DNA from: Candidatus Bathyarchaeia archaeon
Lineage (GTDB): Archaea > Thermoproteota > Bathyarchaeia > Bathyarchaeales > Bathycorpusculaceae
DNA: 64,000 bases
Direction: 5' to 3'
Assembly (NCBI GenBank): GCA_038883655.1
Contig: JAVZLQ010000004.1
Location: forward strand, 160,001-224,000
Part shown: positions 37,819 through 47,309 of the stretch, one piece after another
Layout: each line of letters opens with the position of its first letter
How positions within the stretch are numbered: the first letter of the stretch is position 1
Program-made: the position numbers and the translations under genes
Notes under the pieces: model-generated
What the model was told of the DNA's origin: nothing
What the model saw: only the letters and a program-made list of their open reading frames with translations
Databases searched by the model: none

Positions 37819-37954
37819 ACGCCTTTCTCCAAAGCATAAACTCTTTACGTAACAGCCTTTTAAATTTTCCACCAGACCCTTAAACACGGAAAACGTTTAA
37901 ATTAAATTCCAAACAGCATATTAAATGGCGCAGAATGCGCAGCAAGCGAACCAT

Positions 37955-38045
37955 GGGCCCGTAGCTCAGCTAGGTTAGAGCGACAGGCTCATAAACAGCG
38001 CATTGAGAAACCTGTTGGTCGCCGGTTCAAATCCGGCCGGGCCCA
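37955..38045 (+). tRNA. tRNA with CAT anticodon, probably Ile2, with a 16-nt intron at 37/38 (about 37994-38009)
   Basis: GGGCCCGTAGCTCAGCTAGGTTAGAGCGACAGGCTCATA[AACAGCGCATTGAGAA]ACCTGTTGGTCGCCGGTTCAAATCCGGCCGGGCCCA. The GGGCCC acceptor stem is Ile-type; CTCA/TGAG forms the BHB helix. Confidence 0.88.
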
Positions 38046-38144
38046 TTTCGCGCGTTTTGTTATGTGTCTTTTTGTTGTACATGTACGCAAAAAAGTTTAT
38101 TAAATATCAATATTTTCGATATTTATTGCGAAGGGGTGCAATTC

Positions 38145-38507
38145 ATGGAAAAAAATTTAAGTGCGGTTCGCATGGGCTATGAAGATTTGGGTTTGGGCTA
38201 TCATTGCGATGGGTGTCATGAAACCTTTCAGAGACCTCTTTTGGCAACGGACTCTTCTGGTGGACGTGTTCACGTTTATTATGCTTGTCCACGTTGTCTT
38301 TCAAAGGTTGATGTGAAGGAGCGTGGGCGCAGCGAGGAGCGAGAAGAAAGCCGAGCAATTGCAGAAAAAGCTAAAAAAGTTATTGGTGAGCAGGCGAGTG
38401 TTGGTTGTAAGCATTTTCTTGGGTACTTGCGAAAGCGCCCAAAGAACACGCCTATTCCAGACGAGTGTTTAACATGCGAAAGAATGATTGAATGTTTAGC
38501 GTACTGA
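38145..38507 (+). CDS. Small Cys-rich putative Zn-binding protein
   Basis: CDGC...CPRC and a C-terminal CKHFLGYL...PDECLTC...EC. Confidence 0.7.
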   Translation: MEKNLSAVRMGYEDLGLGYHCDGCHETFQRPLLATDSSGGRVHVYYACPRCLSKVDVKERGRSEEREESRAIAEKAKKVIGEQASVGCKHFLGYLRKRPKNTPIPDECLTCERMIECLAY

Positions 38508-38570
38508 GCCTTGACTGGTTAAAGGATTAAATAGCTTTCTGGCGTTTACCTTTCAGTCAGTGAGTTTCGC

Positions 38571-39302
38571 TTGCTTCCCATCAGAGATGTTAATAGGGCT
38601 AAGACAACACCACATGTGAACCGCCTACTAATAATTTTGAACATAATAATTTTTGTTGTCTTTTGGTTTTCAAGCGTAGGAGTTTTGGACGAGCGAATAG
38701 CAGTTTACATGATGGGAACGGAGAACGGCGGACATGGCGCTTTTGTGATGGTACCAGAGGAAATTCTTCGTGGTGAACGCTTGTTCACATTGTTTACTTC
38801 GATGTTTATGCATGCCAACTGGTTTCATCTTTTTGGGAACATGCTCTTTCTCTTCGTTTTCGGCGATAATGTCGAAGACGTTTTTGGACATGCTGGATAC
38901 CTAATCTTCTATCTCATCTGCGGGCTAGCAGCAAGTTTCACACATATATTTGTAACGTTGTATGCGCCTCTGCTGCATAAACTTATGGGTTTGCCCGTAA
39001 CTTCAAGTTTAGCTGAAGGCGTCGTAGGGGCTTCTGGAGCCATATCAGGCGTTTTAGGTGCATACTTCATACTCTACCCAAAAGCCATAGTTTTAACGCT
39101 GTTTGTCTATGCGATATTGCCAGTACCAGCATTCATTTTCCTAGGCATATGGTTCCTCCTGCAATGGGTTTATGTGCGCTTCGACCCTTCTGGTAGAGTA
39201 GCCTACTTTGCGCACATAGGCGGCTTCATTGCAGGCTTGATTTTAGCTTTGGCTTTTGGACTTAAACGGAAAAAGAGACTGCAAGAACGTTTCCGCTTGT
39301 AG
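38571..39302 (+). CDS. Rhomboid intramembrane serine protease
   Basis: TSMFMH..WFHLFGNM, GASGA, AYFAHIGG. Confidence 0.93.
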   Translation: MLPIRDVNRAKTTPHVNRLLIILNIIIFVVFWFSSVGVLDERIAVYMMGTENGGHGAFVMVPEEILRGERLFTLFTSMFMHANWFHLFGNMLFLFVFGDNVEDVFGHAGYLIFYLICGLAASFTHIFVTLYAPLLHKLMGLPVTSSLAEGVVGASGAISGVLGAYFILYPKAIVLTLFVYAILPVPAFIFLGIWFLLQWVYVRFDPSGRVAYFAHIGGFIAGLILALAFGLKRKKRLQERFRL

Positions 39303-39331
39303 CTTGCAGTTTATAAAAGGGCGTTTGTTTC

Positions 39332-39395
39332 GGGGTCTGTCCGTCATGAGTTCCTCATCCGCATAAATCAGACTGGGACGGCAACATCATCCCCC
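39332..39395 (-). ncRNA. Box C/D 2'-O-methylation guide sRNA
   Basis: GGGG-G-ATGATGT(C)-TGCCGTCCCAGT-CTGA(D')-TTTATGCGG-ATGAGGA(C')-ACTCATGACGGA-CAGA(D)-CCCC: two 12-nt guides and a terminal stem. Confidence 0.78.
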
Positions 39396-39433
39396 AAAGT
39401 TTACAATGTTATACGCCCTTAAATGAATTGCTA

Positions 39434-39760
39434 TCAACTTGCCTTTTCCATTCTTTTGTTTAGTGTTTTTATTGTTCCAGAAACTGTTAGTATGTGGATT
39501 GTTGCTGGTTTTTCTCCTATTCTGGTTATTGTTGCTATTGATGCCCTAACCGTTTTTAGGGCAGTATGCGCTACGCGTATAACCGCTAATTGGCGCTCAT
39601 CATCATAGCTAATCAGCGTCAATCCTGTTTGGCTTGCGCCATACTCTCCATAAAGCTTCAGTACCGCGTTCCATACGCTGTCAATAAGCTCTTTTGAGCC
39701 TATTTTTTCTGTGGAATCTATTTTAAGCGCCAAATAGCGTCTCTTCACCTTCTTCAGCAA
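39434..39760 (-). CDS. rnp2: RNase P protein Rpp14/Pop5
   Basis: KRRYL, LYGEYGAS, VSGTIKTL. Confidence 0.92.
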   Translation of the reverse strand: MLKKVKRRYLALKIDSTEKIGSKELIDSVWNAVLKLYGEYGASQTGLTLISYDDERQLAVIRVAHTALKTVRASIATITRIGEKPATIHILTVSGTIKTLNKRMEKAS

Positions 39761-40488
39761 TCCTTCCCTCTCCGAATCACCCTTATTCCAGGCGCAACAA
39801 ACTTTGGACTGAGCTTTTCCCTATTTCTTTTTACTATAGCTATCGGGTTTTTTGAAACTGCCTTTAAGGCTGTTGCCTCATCTAAGTCGAAGAGATAAGC
39901 CAAAGAAGCTTGCTCCATTGGTTTTCGCATAAGCCTCTCGTCCGCCACGCCGCTTGAAACCACGATTGGGACGCCATATTTAATGGCGATTATTGCTTCT
40001 CTTCTTAGGCTGTGAATGAGCCTCACTCTTGCGAGTCCTTCAAGCGTGAGCAGAAGCCTTATGTCTATTTCCAGTGATGCCAAAGCATTTGAAGCCAACT
40101 CCGCCTCAGCCTTATCAAAGAATCTTTTGCGAAAGTCCGTTGATGGGAAGTTTAGGAGGTCTACGCGCCTATCCTTTGCCGCTTGTCTGGCGACGCTCTT
40201 AGACTCGCACAGCACGGCTATTAACTCGAATTTTCTCCGTAGCTTTCTTAAGTCTCTGATTAGCTCTTTTGGGCTTCGTGGTTTTAAATCCACACGAGAA
40301 ACAAAGTCAATTCCGTTTTCTTCGCATAATTCTTTCAGTTTTTTGGTTTCTTCGTGTCTAAAATTATGTGGTAATGGTATAGCTATAAACTTATATCCAA
40401 GCTCCGAAGCCTTACTTATAATTCGCGAAACCTTTTCTAAATCTCTCGGATTCGAAAGCAAATGCAAGTCAGCATATGCCCTTTTCAT
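39754..40488 (-). CDS. rnp3: RNase P protein Rpp30
   Basis: YADLH, ARQAAKDRRVDLL, PIVVSSG; ATG 40488. Confidence 0.9.
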   Translation of the reverse strand: MKRAYADLHLLSNPRDLEKVSRIISKASELGYKFIAIPLPHNFRHEETKKLKELCEENGIDFVSRVDLKPRSPKELIRDLRKLRRKFELIAVLCESKSVARQAAKDRRVDLLNFPSTDFRKRFFDKAEAELASNALASLEIDIRLLLTLEGLARVRLIHSLRREAIIAIKYGVPIVVSSGVADERLMRKPMEQASLAYLFDLDEATALKAVSKNPIAIVKRNREKLSPKFVAPGIRVIRRGKDC

Positions 40489-40964
40489 GGAAGCAACCCA
40501 AACTTTCTGCAAATTTCAAGTATTTCCTTCGGCTTCTCCTTTCTGAAATGTATCTTAAAATGGATCGCATCAGCCTTGGCAATTCGTGCCTCGTTCAAAT
40601 AGGCGGATTGCTTATCAAGCCTAAGATAGAGGTTTCCCCTCTCCAAATGACTTTCAATCTCGCTGTTCAAAATTTCCTTATCCATAATGCCCAAACCAGC
40701 CGCAATTCTGCCAAAAATGGCTTGAACCGCGTTCTTGTCTTTAATCCGCGCTTCGAACAGTATTATTGGATTTCCATGATGCCCAGCTAAACTCGACTTC
40801 TTGAATGCGACAGCATCTAATGTTTCTGGCGGAAGCATGTTGCGCACTGCCGTGAGAACTTTCTCTGGGTCTTCAGTTGCGTGTGCAAACACTCTTATGG
40901 CGATATATCCTATCGGGTTTTTAGAAGACAAAGGCGCTATCACTACTTCTAAATTAAACGCCAT
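40485..40964 (-). CDS. RNA-binding protein (COG1325/DUF54-like)
   Basis: FAHATEDPEKV, GHHGNPI, LYLRLDKQ. Confidence 0.88.
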   Translation of the reverse strand: MAFNLEVVIAPLSSKNPIGYIAIRVFAHATEDPEKVLTAVRNMLPPETLDAVAFKKSSLAGHHGNPIILFEARIKDKNAVQAIFGRIAAGLGIMDKEILNSEIESHLERGNLYLRLDKQSAYLNEARIAKADAIHFKIHFRKEKPKEILEICRKFGLLP

Positions 40965-41198
40965 TTAGCTTTTAGACTTTGCTTTGCGGCGAGGCTTTTC
41001 CTTCTTGCCTTTCAGAAAACCTTTAATTGCTTCAACATTTTCTTGGTGGGCTGTTCTCCGCCTAGAGTCTACTGGAATTCCAAGTTTCAATGCTTCTTTT
41101 AGGCTTAATCCAGCCTTCTTCAGTTCTTCTCGGCTGAAACCTTTTCCCAGACGCTGTTTTCCGCCTTTTTTGAAAACTTTTGCCTTTAAAGCCATCAT
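40965..41198 (-). CDS. rpl13e: 50S ribosomal protein L13e
   Basis: RLGKGFSREELKKAGL, GIPVDSRRRT...NVEAI. Confidence 0.9.
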   Translation of the reverse strand: MMALKAKVFKKGGKQRLGKGFSREELKKAGLSLKEALKLGIPVDSRRRTAHQENVEAIKGFLKGKKEKPRRKAKSKS

Positions 41199-41216
41199 GG
41201 GACGCTATTCTCCCAT

Positions 41217-41780
41217 TCAAGCCTTCTTGCTTGGTCTAAACTTCTCCGCGCCACGTCCCTTTAGCCTTAATCCCCTAACCTTTTTGCCCGCGCTTGTCAA
41301 ACCCCTAAAAACCCTTCCTTTATGCTGTTTCTGTGTTATCCAATTAATGTCCTTATTAGCCTTTATTACTGGGTGATGCGGATCCACCATTATGACTTCA
41401 AACCATTTTGAGCGTCCATCTTCGCCTACCCAATAGGAGTTTAGAACTTCAAGATTTGGAAACTTTCTTGCAGCGCGTTCTTCGGCTATAAGCCTCAAAC
41501 TTTTGGCTGGCTTGAACTTTTTGACGCCCATGCGTTTTGGTCTTCTTCCAGACCTTGGACGCTGTTTCCGCAAGCCACCCCTTCTAACGCGCACGCGCAC
41601 TATTATGAAGCCTTGTTTCGCCTTGTAACCAAGCTTTCTTGCTCTGTCTAGTCTTGTGGGTTTTTCCACGCGAGTTATGGCTGGTTGCCTACGCCATTCA
41701 ATTAGCCTCTGGCGCATAAGCTCGTCTACGAAGGATTTTTCTGGTTTTGACCAAGCTTCTGCGATGTACTTGTAAGCCAT
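41217..41780 (-). CDS. rpl15e: 50S ribosomal protein L15e
   Basis: [40 protein letters not shown]; ATG 41780. Confidence 0.96.
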   Translation of the reverse strand: MAYKYIAEAWSKPEKSFVDELMRQRLIEWRRQPAITRVEKPTRLDRARKLGYKAKQGFIIVRVRVRRGGLRKQRPRSGRRPKRMGVKKFKPAKSLRLIAEERAARKFPNLEVLNSYWVGEDGRSKWFEVIMVDPHHPVIKANKDINWITQKQHKGRVFRGLTSAGKKVRGLRLKGRGAEKFRPSKKA

Positions 41781-41808
41781 TCTTAACGTATTCCTCCTTT
41801 CCAGTTTA

Positions 41809-41857
41809 TGGTTCAACCCTTTTCTTTAGGGTTACATTCCAGCGGACGTTGTCCGCC
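41809..41857 (-). promoter_or_regulatory. Structured 5' leader of rpl15e (candidate r-protein leader)
   Basis: Hairpins GCGGAC-AAC-GTCCGC and GGAATGT-AACCCT-loop-AGGGTT-GAACC lie upstream of the GGAGG SD. Confidence 0.55.
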
Positions 41858-41954
41858 AACGTTCTGTTCATAACACTATTATCAACGAAATAAACTTTTC
41901 CAGCAAAAACAAATTAACACACTAAAAGTTTACAGTATAAAAGGGATAATCAAA

Positions 41955-42413
41955 TTAGCCGTGCACTTTCTGTTCTTCGAGTTCTCTTGCGCGTGTTTCT
42001 ATGAACTCTTTAACCTTTTCTTGACTGTACTTTCTTTCTTCCTCCTGCTTTTTCAGCTGCTCCTTTATCGTCGCCAAGAGCTTTTTCATTTCAATGGGCT
42101 TCACAACGTAACCATCTGCGCCTCTGTTTAGTACTTCGATTGCGTTTTGGAGCGTTGGATATCCCGTAATTATTATTTTGCGCATTTTTGGCACGGTATC
42201 CCTCAACTTTTGTAGGAGCTTTACGCCTTCCATGTCCTGCAGCCTAATGTCAATCAGCGCCAAATTGTAGAATTTTCTATAGGATTTTCTAACGGCTTCT
42301 TTTCCGCTTGCAGCAGTATCAACAGCGTACCCCTCGTCCTCTAGCACGGCTTTCAGCACTTTTCTTATGCTCTCGTCATCATCGACGACAAGTATTCTTG
42401 CACGCCTAACCAA
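41955..42413 (-). CDS. Stand-alone response regulator receiver protein
   Basis: ILVVDDD, LIDIRL (phospho-Asp), ITGY, VKP. Confidence 0.92.
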   Translation of the reverse strand: MVRRARILVVDDDESIRKVLKAVLEDEGYAVDTAASGKEAVRKSYRKFYNLALIDIRLQDMEGVKLLQKLRDTVPKMRKIIITGYPTLQNAIEVLNRGADGYVVKPIEMKKLLATIKEQLKKQEEERKYSQEKVKEFIETRARELEEQKVHG

Positions 42414-44350
42414 ACTTTTTCACCCCCTTCTCTTTCGCTTTTCGGTTTGATTGGAATGGTCACCGTGAAAATTGTTCCTTCATTAACAGCGCTTTTTACC
42501 GAAATTTTGCCACCGTGCGCCTCAACAATGCGTTTACAGATTGGTAAGCCTAAACCCATGCCTATTGATTTTGTTGTGAAGAAGGGTGTCCAAATCTTAT
42601 CCATAACCTCCTTTGTTATGCCCTTCCCGGTGTCGCTGAAGGATATCTCCACGTTTCCGTTCGCTTCGCTTGATGTTATTGTAAGTTTGCCGCCGTTTGG
42701 CATGGCATCTATAGCATTTTTAACAATGTTAACGAATACTCTCGTCATCTTTTCAACATCAACAATCATTTTTGGGCTGTCCCGCGTCAAATCTGCAACT
42801 TGTATTTTCTCTGGGATGTGAACAATTGACAACGCTTTCTGCGCTAGCGCTTTTGGAGTTATTTCAATTAACTCAAGCTTTATTTCACGCGAATATTCCA
42901 TAAGGTCTGCGATTATGCTGTTTGCGTGGAACACGCTTTCCTCAATAAGCTTCAGCATATCTATGATTTTTTTATTCGTGCATGCAGCCAACTTACTCTT
43001 CAAATAGTAAACTGCACTATTTATGCTGGTCAGCGGGTTTCGAAGGTCGTGTCCCACCATGGCTGCAACCTGCCCAATGGCGGCAAGCCTTTCAGCCTTT
43101 ATTAGTTGTTCTTGAGCTTCCTTCAACGCTTTGGTTCTTTGTTCCACAAGCTCCTCAAGATGCTGGGCGTACTCCTCAAGCTTTCTCTGAAGTTGCTTTC
43201 GCTCGGTTATATTTCTCACAATGCCTATTACTTCGATTTTTCCGCCGCTTGACACTGGAAACGATGATACTTCAACACAAATCCTTTCGCCATCTTTTCT
43301 TATGAGCTCGAATTCTTCTGGACCATATTTTTCTCCACGCATGTTTTTGGCAATAGCCGCTTTAATTTTTGGCAGATATTCCCTTGGAAAAATTCCAGAT
43401 TCGAAGAAGCTTTTTCCAATAAGCTCCTCTTTCTTATAGCCTATTAAGGCTTCTGCTTGCTTGTTTCCATCGATGAATCTGCCTTGTAAATCGTTTATGT
43501 AGATGGCGTCTGGCGCATACTCTATTAAGCGTTTAAGCCTTTCCTCGGACTCTTTGAGTCTTTCCTCCATCTTTCTGCGTTCGGTAACGTCCATTATGAT
43601 GCTTATGGCGCCTTTATACTCGCCCTTTTCATTCCACAGTGGCGACGCAGAAATTTGGAGAATGCGTTGCCTGCCATCCCTAGTATAGAGGATTATTTCG
43701 TAACGACTAGTTCTCCCCTGTTTTCTAATTTGTGTCTGTTTCATTATCTTTTGGAAACCTTTTTCATTAACAAATTTTCGCAAATTCACCCCAACAAGCT
43801 CGTATTCATCATAGCCAAGCATCCTAGCGAACGCGCCGTTCACAAAGGTTATGTTTTCATTTTCATCGACAGTCATTATGCCTTCCGACGCCGTCTTGAA
43901 AATAGTTTCAAGCCTTCTATTAGTTTCCATCAGCTTCCTTTCAGTTTCCTTAAGCTTTGTTATATCCAATATTATTGCCTGAAAACCAACAGTTTTGCCA
44001 TTAACAATAAAACGTGTTGGTTTTGACCACAAATGGAGAATTGAACCATCCTTACGTAAAGCCCTAAACTCCAAATCTCTTGGCTCTCTGCGCAGCGCGA
44101 TGATTCTGAAGAACGAGCGTACTATTTTGACCCTGTCTTCTGGGTGTAGGAAGAACTTGAATGGGCGACCAAGCATTTCATCAGCAGAATAGCCCAGCAA
44201 AGCGGTCATGGCCCTGTTAATATACACGAAGCGTCCTCTAGTGTCTGCGACGCCAACAGCAACAGCAGCATTTTCAACTAAACTGCGAAATCCTCTTTCG
44301 CTTATTAGATGCTTTGCGAACTCGGCTATAGTGTTACTTTTTTGCGGCAT
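42365..44350 (-). CDS. Cytoplasmic histidine kinase with three PAS domains
   Basis: Three PAS domains (ending DIT/DVT/NIT), H-box VGHDLRNPL, NAIDAM, DTGKG, FFTTK, GMGLGL. Confidence 0.94.
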   Translation of the reverse strand: MPQKSNTIAEFAKHLISERGFRSLVENAAVAVGVADTRGRFVYINRAMTALLGYSADEMLGRPFKFFLHPEDRVKIVRSFFRIIALRREPRDLEFRALRKDGSILHLWSKPTRFIVNGKTVGFQAIILDITKLKETERKLMETNRRLETIFKTASEGIMTVDENENITFVNGAFARMLGYDEYELVGVNLRKFVNEKGFQKIMKQTQIRKQGRTSRYEIILYTRDGRQRILQISASPLWNEKGEYKGAISIIMDVTERRKMEERLKESEERLKRLIEYAPDAIYINDLQGRFIDGNKQAEALIGYKKEELIGKSFFESGIFPREYLPKIKAAIAKNMRGEKYGPEEFELIRKDGERICVEVSSFPVSSGGKIEVIGIVRNITERKQLQRKLEEYAQHLEELVEQRTKALKEAQEQLIKAERLAAIGQVAAMVGHDLRNPLTSINSAVYYLKSKLAACTNKKIIDMLKLIEESVFHANSIIADLMEYSREIKLELIEITPKALAQKALSIVHIPEKIQVADLTRDSPKMIVDVEKMTRVFVNIVKNAIDAMPNGGKLTITSSEANGNVEISFSDTGKGITKEVMDKIWTPFFTTKSIGMGLGLPICKRIVEAHGGKISVKSAVNEGTIFTVTIPIKPKSEREGGEKVWLGVQEYLSSMMTRA

Positions 44351-44558
44351 CCCTAGGCTCCCATTATAAACAGGCTGTGCTAAGAGGATTTTCTGTTTTG
44401 AACATTTAACTTATATGAATGTGGAGTCTAAATTAGGACTAAATTTTCATATTTAGAAACAGAATCAGAATATGAACAATCCACTTTTCCAAAAATAGCA
44501 TTATAAGAAAGAAACTCCAAATACGCAGACAAAATTAAATGTTCGGCTGGATAAAGTC

Positions 44559-45341
44559 ATGACAGAACAAAAAATAGGCTTGTCTACGCTTTATTGTTTA
44601 GGTAGACCCTTCGCGCAAATGATCAAAAGGATAGTTGAGGCAAATGTGCGCTATGTAGAAGTTGTTGACGATGGACTTCACACCTTAGATAATAGAAAAG
44701 TGTCAGCCTTAAGAAATTTAGGAAGATCCTATAATCTAAGGTACTCGATTCACGCACCATTTGCAGACATAAACATTGCTTCACCATCCAATTTTATGCT
44801 GAAAGCCATGCTTAAAAGGCTGGAAAAATCAATTGCTAACGCAAACAGTCTAGACGCTTACATGTGGGTTTTCCATCCGGGGCTAAAGACTGGCATCAGC
44901 ATGTTCTATCCGAATGCTGATTGGATTCAAAACCGCGAAACTGCAAGGCTTCTTTCAAGGATTGCAGAGGATTATAACGTGAAAATAGCCATAGAAAACG
45001 TGCCAGAGCCATACCCGTTCATAATGAAGGGCGTTGCGGAATTCGAAAAGTTTTACATGGAAGTCATCGAGCCAATAGGCTTGGCTTTGGATGTTGGACA
45101 CGCAAACCTAAATGGGCAGATAGAACAGTTCCTGTTGAAATTCGCGGACAAGATAGTGCACGTGCATGTTCACGATAATGATGGGCGCGAAGACCAGCAT
45201 ATGGGAGTCGGCTATGGCACAATAAACTGGGAAAAGTTTACAAACATGCTAAAGAAGGCGCAATTCAACGGCGTTGTCATAGTCGAATCCATTGGACATG
45301 TCACGGAAAGTGTAGAAAAAGTTAAGCAGCTACTAAGTTGA
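44559..45341 (+). CDS. Sugar phosphate isomerase/epimerase-family TIM barrel
   Basis: SIHAPF.DINI, FHPG, IEN, LDVGHA, HVHDNDG..DQH. Confidence 0.88.
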   Translation: MTEQKIGLSTLYCLGRPFAQMIKRIVEANVRYVEVVDDGLHTLDNRKVSALRNLGRSYNLRYSIHAPFADINIASPSNFMLKAMLKRLEKSIANANSLDAYMWVFHPGLKTGISMFYPNADWIQNRETARLLSRIAEDYNVKIAIENVPEPYPFIMKGVAEFEKFYMEVIEPIGLALDVGHANLNGQIEQFLLKFADKIVHVHVHDNDGREDQHMGVGYGTINWEKFTNMLKKAQFNGVVIVESIGHVTESVEKVKQLLS

Positions 45342-45345
45342 CGCG

Positions 45346-46269
45346 TTAACTTTCTAAAAGTGGCACTTCTATCTTCATGAAATCTTCCGCCACAAGTGTG
45401 TTCTTGAAAATCTTTTGCGCTTGCTGCAGGAGCACATTTGCATTGTCGTACCTGGCGCTGATGTGTGTAAGAATCAACTGTTTTGCCCGCGCTTTCTTCG
45501 CGTTTTTTGCCGCTTGTTCAGGCGTTGAATGTCCATCCTCTTTTGCCCTTTCGATTAACTCATCATCTAACGTGGCATCGTGAATAATTATGTCCGCGTT
45601 AGCTGCAAACTTTGCAAAACCACTAAATGGTCTCGTGTCGCCAGTGTAAACAATTTTCCTTCCGGGTCTCGGCGGTCCAGCAACATCTTCTGGTTTTATG
45701 GTTCTTCCATCTGGCAGCCTAACATTGTGTCCGTTCTGCAGTTTTGACCATAATGGTCCCTCTGGAATTCCAAGCGCCCTGGCTTTTTCTGGATAGAATT
45801 TTCCTGGACGCGGTTTTTCTGTCAACGCGTATGCGAGGCTTGGGATGACGTGGTTTGCCCAAACTGCTTGGACAATATATTCTCCTTCTTCACGCACTAT
45901 GCCTTCTTCGTTTATTTCATGTATTTCTATTGGAAATGTTAGCACAAACTGGACTGTTTCTCTGATGGCTTCCAAGAAATGTTTTATTCCTGGCGGTCCA
46001 TAAATTTCCAGTTTCTTTTCTCTGTCGAGCAGTGCCATTGTTTGGAGCAGTCCTGGCAAGCCTAGAACGTGATCTCCGTGCATGTGTGTTATGAAAATTT
46101 TCATTTTTTTGTGGAAGCTAATTTTTGCTTTCACCATCTGTCTTTGGACGCCTTCGCCGCAGTCAAACATTATTTGTTCTCCCTTGCGCTCTATTAGTAT
46201 GGCTGGTAGGCTTCTCTTCGGTGTTGGGACGCTTCCAGCAGTGCCTAGGAAAATTATGTTTAGGCTCAT
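45346..46269 (-). CDS. rnz: Ribonuclease Z
   Basis: FLGTAGSVP, DCGEG, THMHGDH, GP exosite, GHST, THISARY. Confidence 0.95.
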   Translation of the reverse strand: MSLNIIFLGTAGSVPTPKRSLPAILIERKGEQIMFDCGEGVQRQMVKAKISFHKKMKIFITHMHGDHVLGLPGLLQTMALLDREKKLEIYGPPGIKHFLEAIRETVQFVLTFPIEIHEINEEGIVREEGEYIVQAVWANHVIPSLAYALTEKPRPGKFYPEKARALGIPEGPLWSKLQNGHNVRLPDGRTIKPEDVAGPPRPGRKIVYTGDTRPFSGFAKFAANADIIIHDATLDDELIERAKEDGHSTPEQAAKNAKKARAKQLILTHISARYDNANVLLQQAQKIFKNTLVAEDFMKIEVPLLES

Positions 46270-46271
46270 GC

Positions 46272-47309
46272 TTACACCTTTTCGAAGACTGCTATTTCTC
46301 TTGTTAGGCTTCGGTGAACATAAACGAAATGGGACTCCACGTGCTTATATCCCAAACTTTCACCAGTTTTTCCAATGTTTAACGTTTTTGGAGATGCAAT
46401 GCAAATTCTTTTTCCACTCTTTAGTACGTCGCCAGCCGCGGCTAAAACTTCCTCAACAAGCTGTTTCGTTGTCCTTTTTAAAGTTGAAGCCGATTTTCCG
46501 TAGGGTGGGTCTGTCACTATACAGCCGACTTTTCTTACTGGTGACGCTCGAGCATCCGCAACTATGATGCCTTCTGGTTTTATGCCGAAGTGTGCTAAGT
46601 TTTTGAGGCTTCCCTTTACCATATACCTTTGCGCATCTAAGCCTAGAACTTTAAATCCCATGAGCGCAGCTTCGATGAGCATGCTCCCAGTTCCGCAGAA
46701 GGGGTCGAATACGGTTTCTCCTTTTTCTGGTTTTGCTAGGTTTACCATGCACCTCGCCAGCTTCGGTGGCATCGCGGATGGGTGAAAGAAGGGCTTTTTC
46801 TTCGGACGTCTTTCAACGAAGGGTTTTGGCGGAATTTCCGCGAGCTTGATTCCAAAAACAAATTTTTCGTCTGTTAGTATCCCCACAAATGTTTTTTCTG
46901 GATTTTTTAGGCTTACACGTGCATTTGTCTTTGCGTCAAGTATTATTTCGCCGAGTTTCCTTTCAAGAAACATGCTGTCAAGCTTTTTCGCGTATTCTTT
47001 CACTCTTCTAACGCGGACAGCGAAGCTTTCGCCATTGGCTAAAAATTCACTTATGTTTATGGAGCGTATGGATTTTGCGATTGAATTTATTTCCGCCTTA
47101 CACGTGAAAAGTTCGAGTCCGCAAAGCCGAGTTAACGCGGCTCTACACCTTACTTTTTCCACGCAATTCGCGTCTGCTTCGACCCTTAATACTTGGTCAA
47201 GTTTTTCTGCTGTTTTGTATGGATGGCGCTCTGCTTCAAGTATAGCTTTTAACTCTGAAGCTGGTAGTGTTTCGTGTTCACCTGACAGCAGAAAGAAGAG
47301 TTTAGCCAC
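46272..47309 (-). CDS. trm11: THUMP-domain tRNA (guanine-10-N2) methyltransferase (Trm11/TrmG10)
   Basis: THUMP domain, P..KPFFHP, DPFCGTGS, TDPPYG, VHRSLTR. Confidence 0.88.
   Translation of the reverse strand: MAKLFFLLSGEHETLPASELKAILEAERHPYKTAEKLDQVLRVEADANCVEKVRCRAALTRLCGLELFTCKAEINSIAKSIRSINISEFLANGESFAVRVRRVKEYAKKLDSMFLERKLGEIILDAKTNARVSLKNPEKTFVGILTDEKFVFGIKLAEIPPKPFVERRPKKKPFFHPSAMPPKLARCMVNLAKPEKGETVFDPFCGTGSMLIEAALMGFKVLGLDAQRYMVKGSLKNLAHFGIKPEGIIVADARASPVRKVGCIVTDPPYGKSASTLKRTTKQLVEEVLAAAGDVLKSGKRICIASPKTLNIGKTGESLGYKHVESHFVYVHRSLTREIAVFEKV

Noticed and set aside
37955-39302. tRNA-anchored integrated element
   Set aside because: No integrase and no duplicated tRNA 3' end seen in the window.
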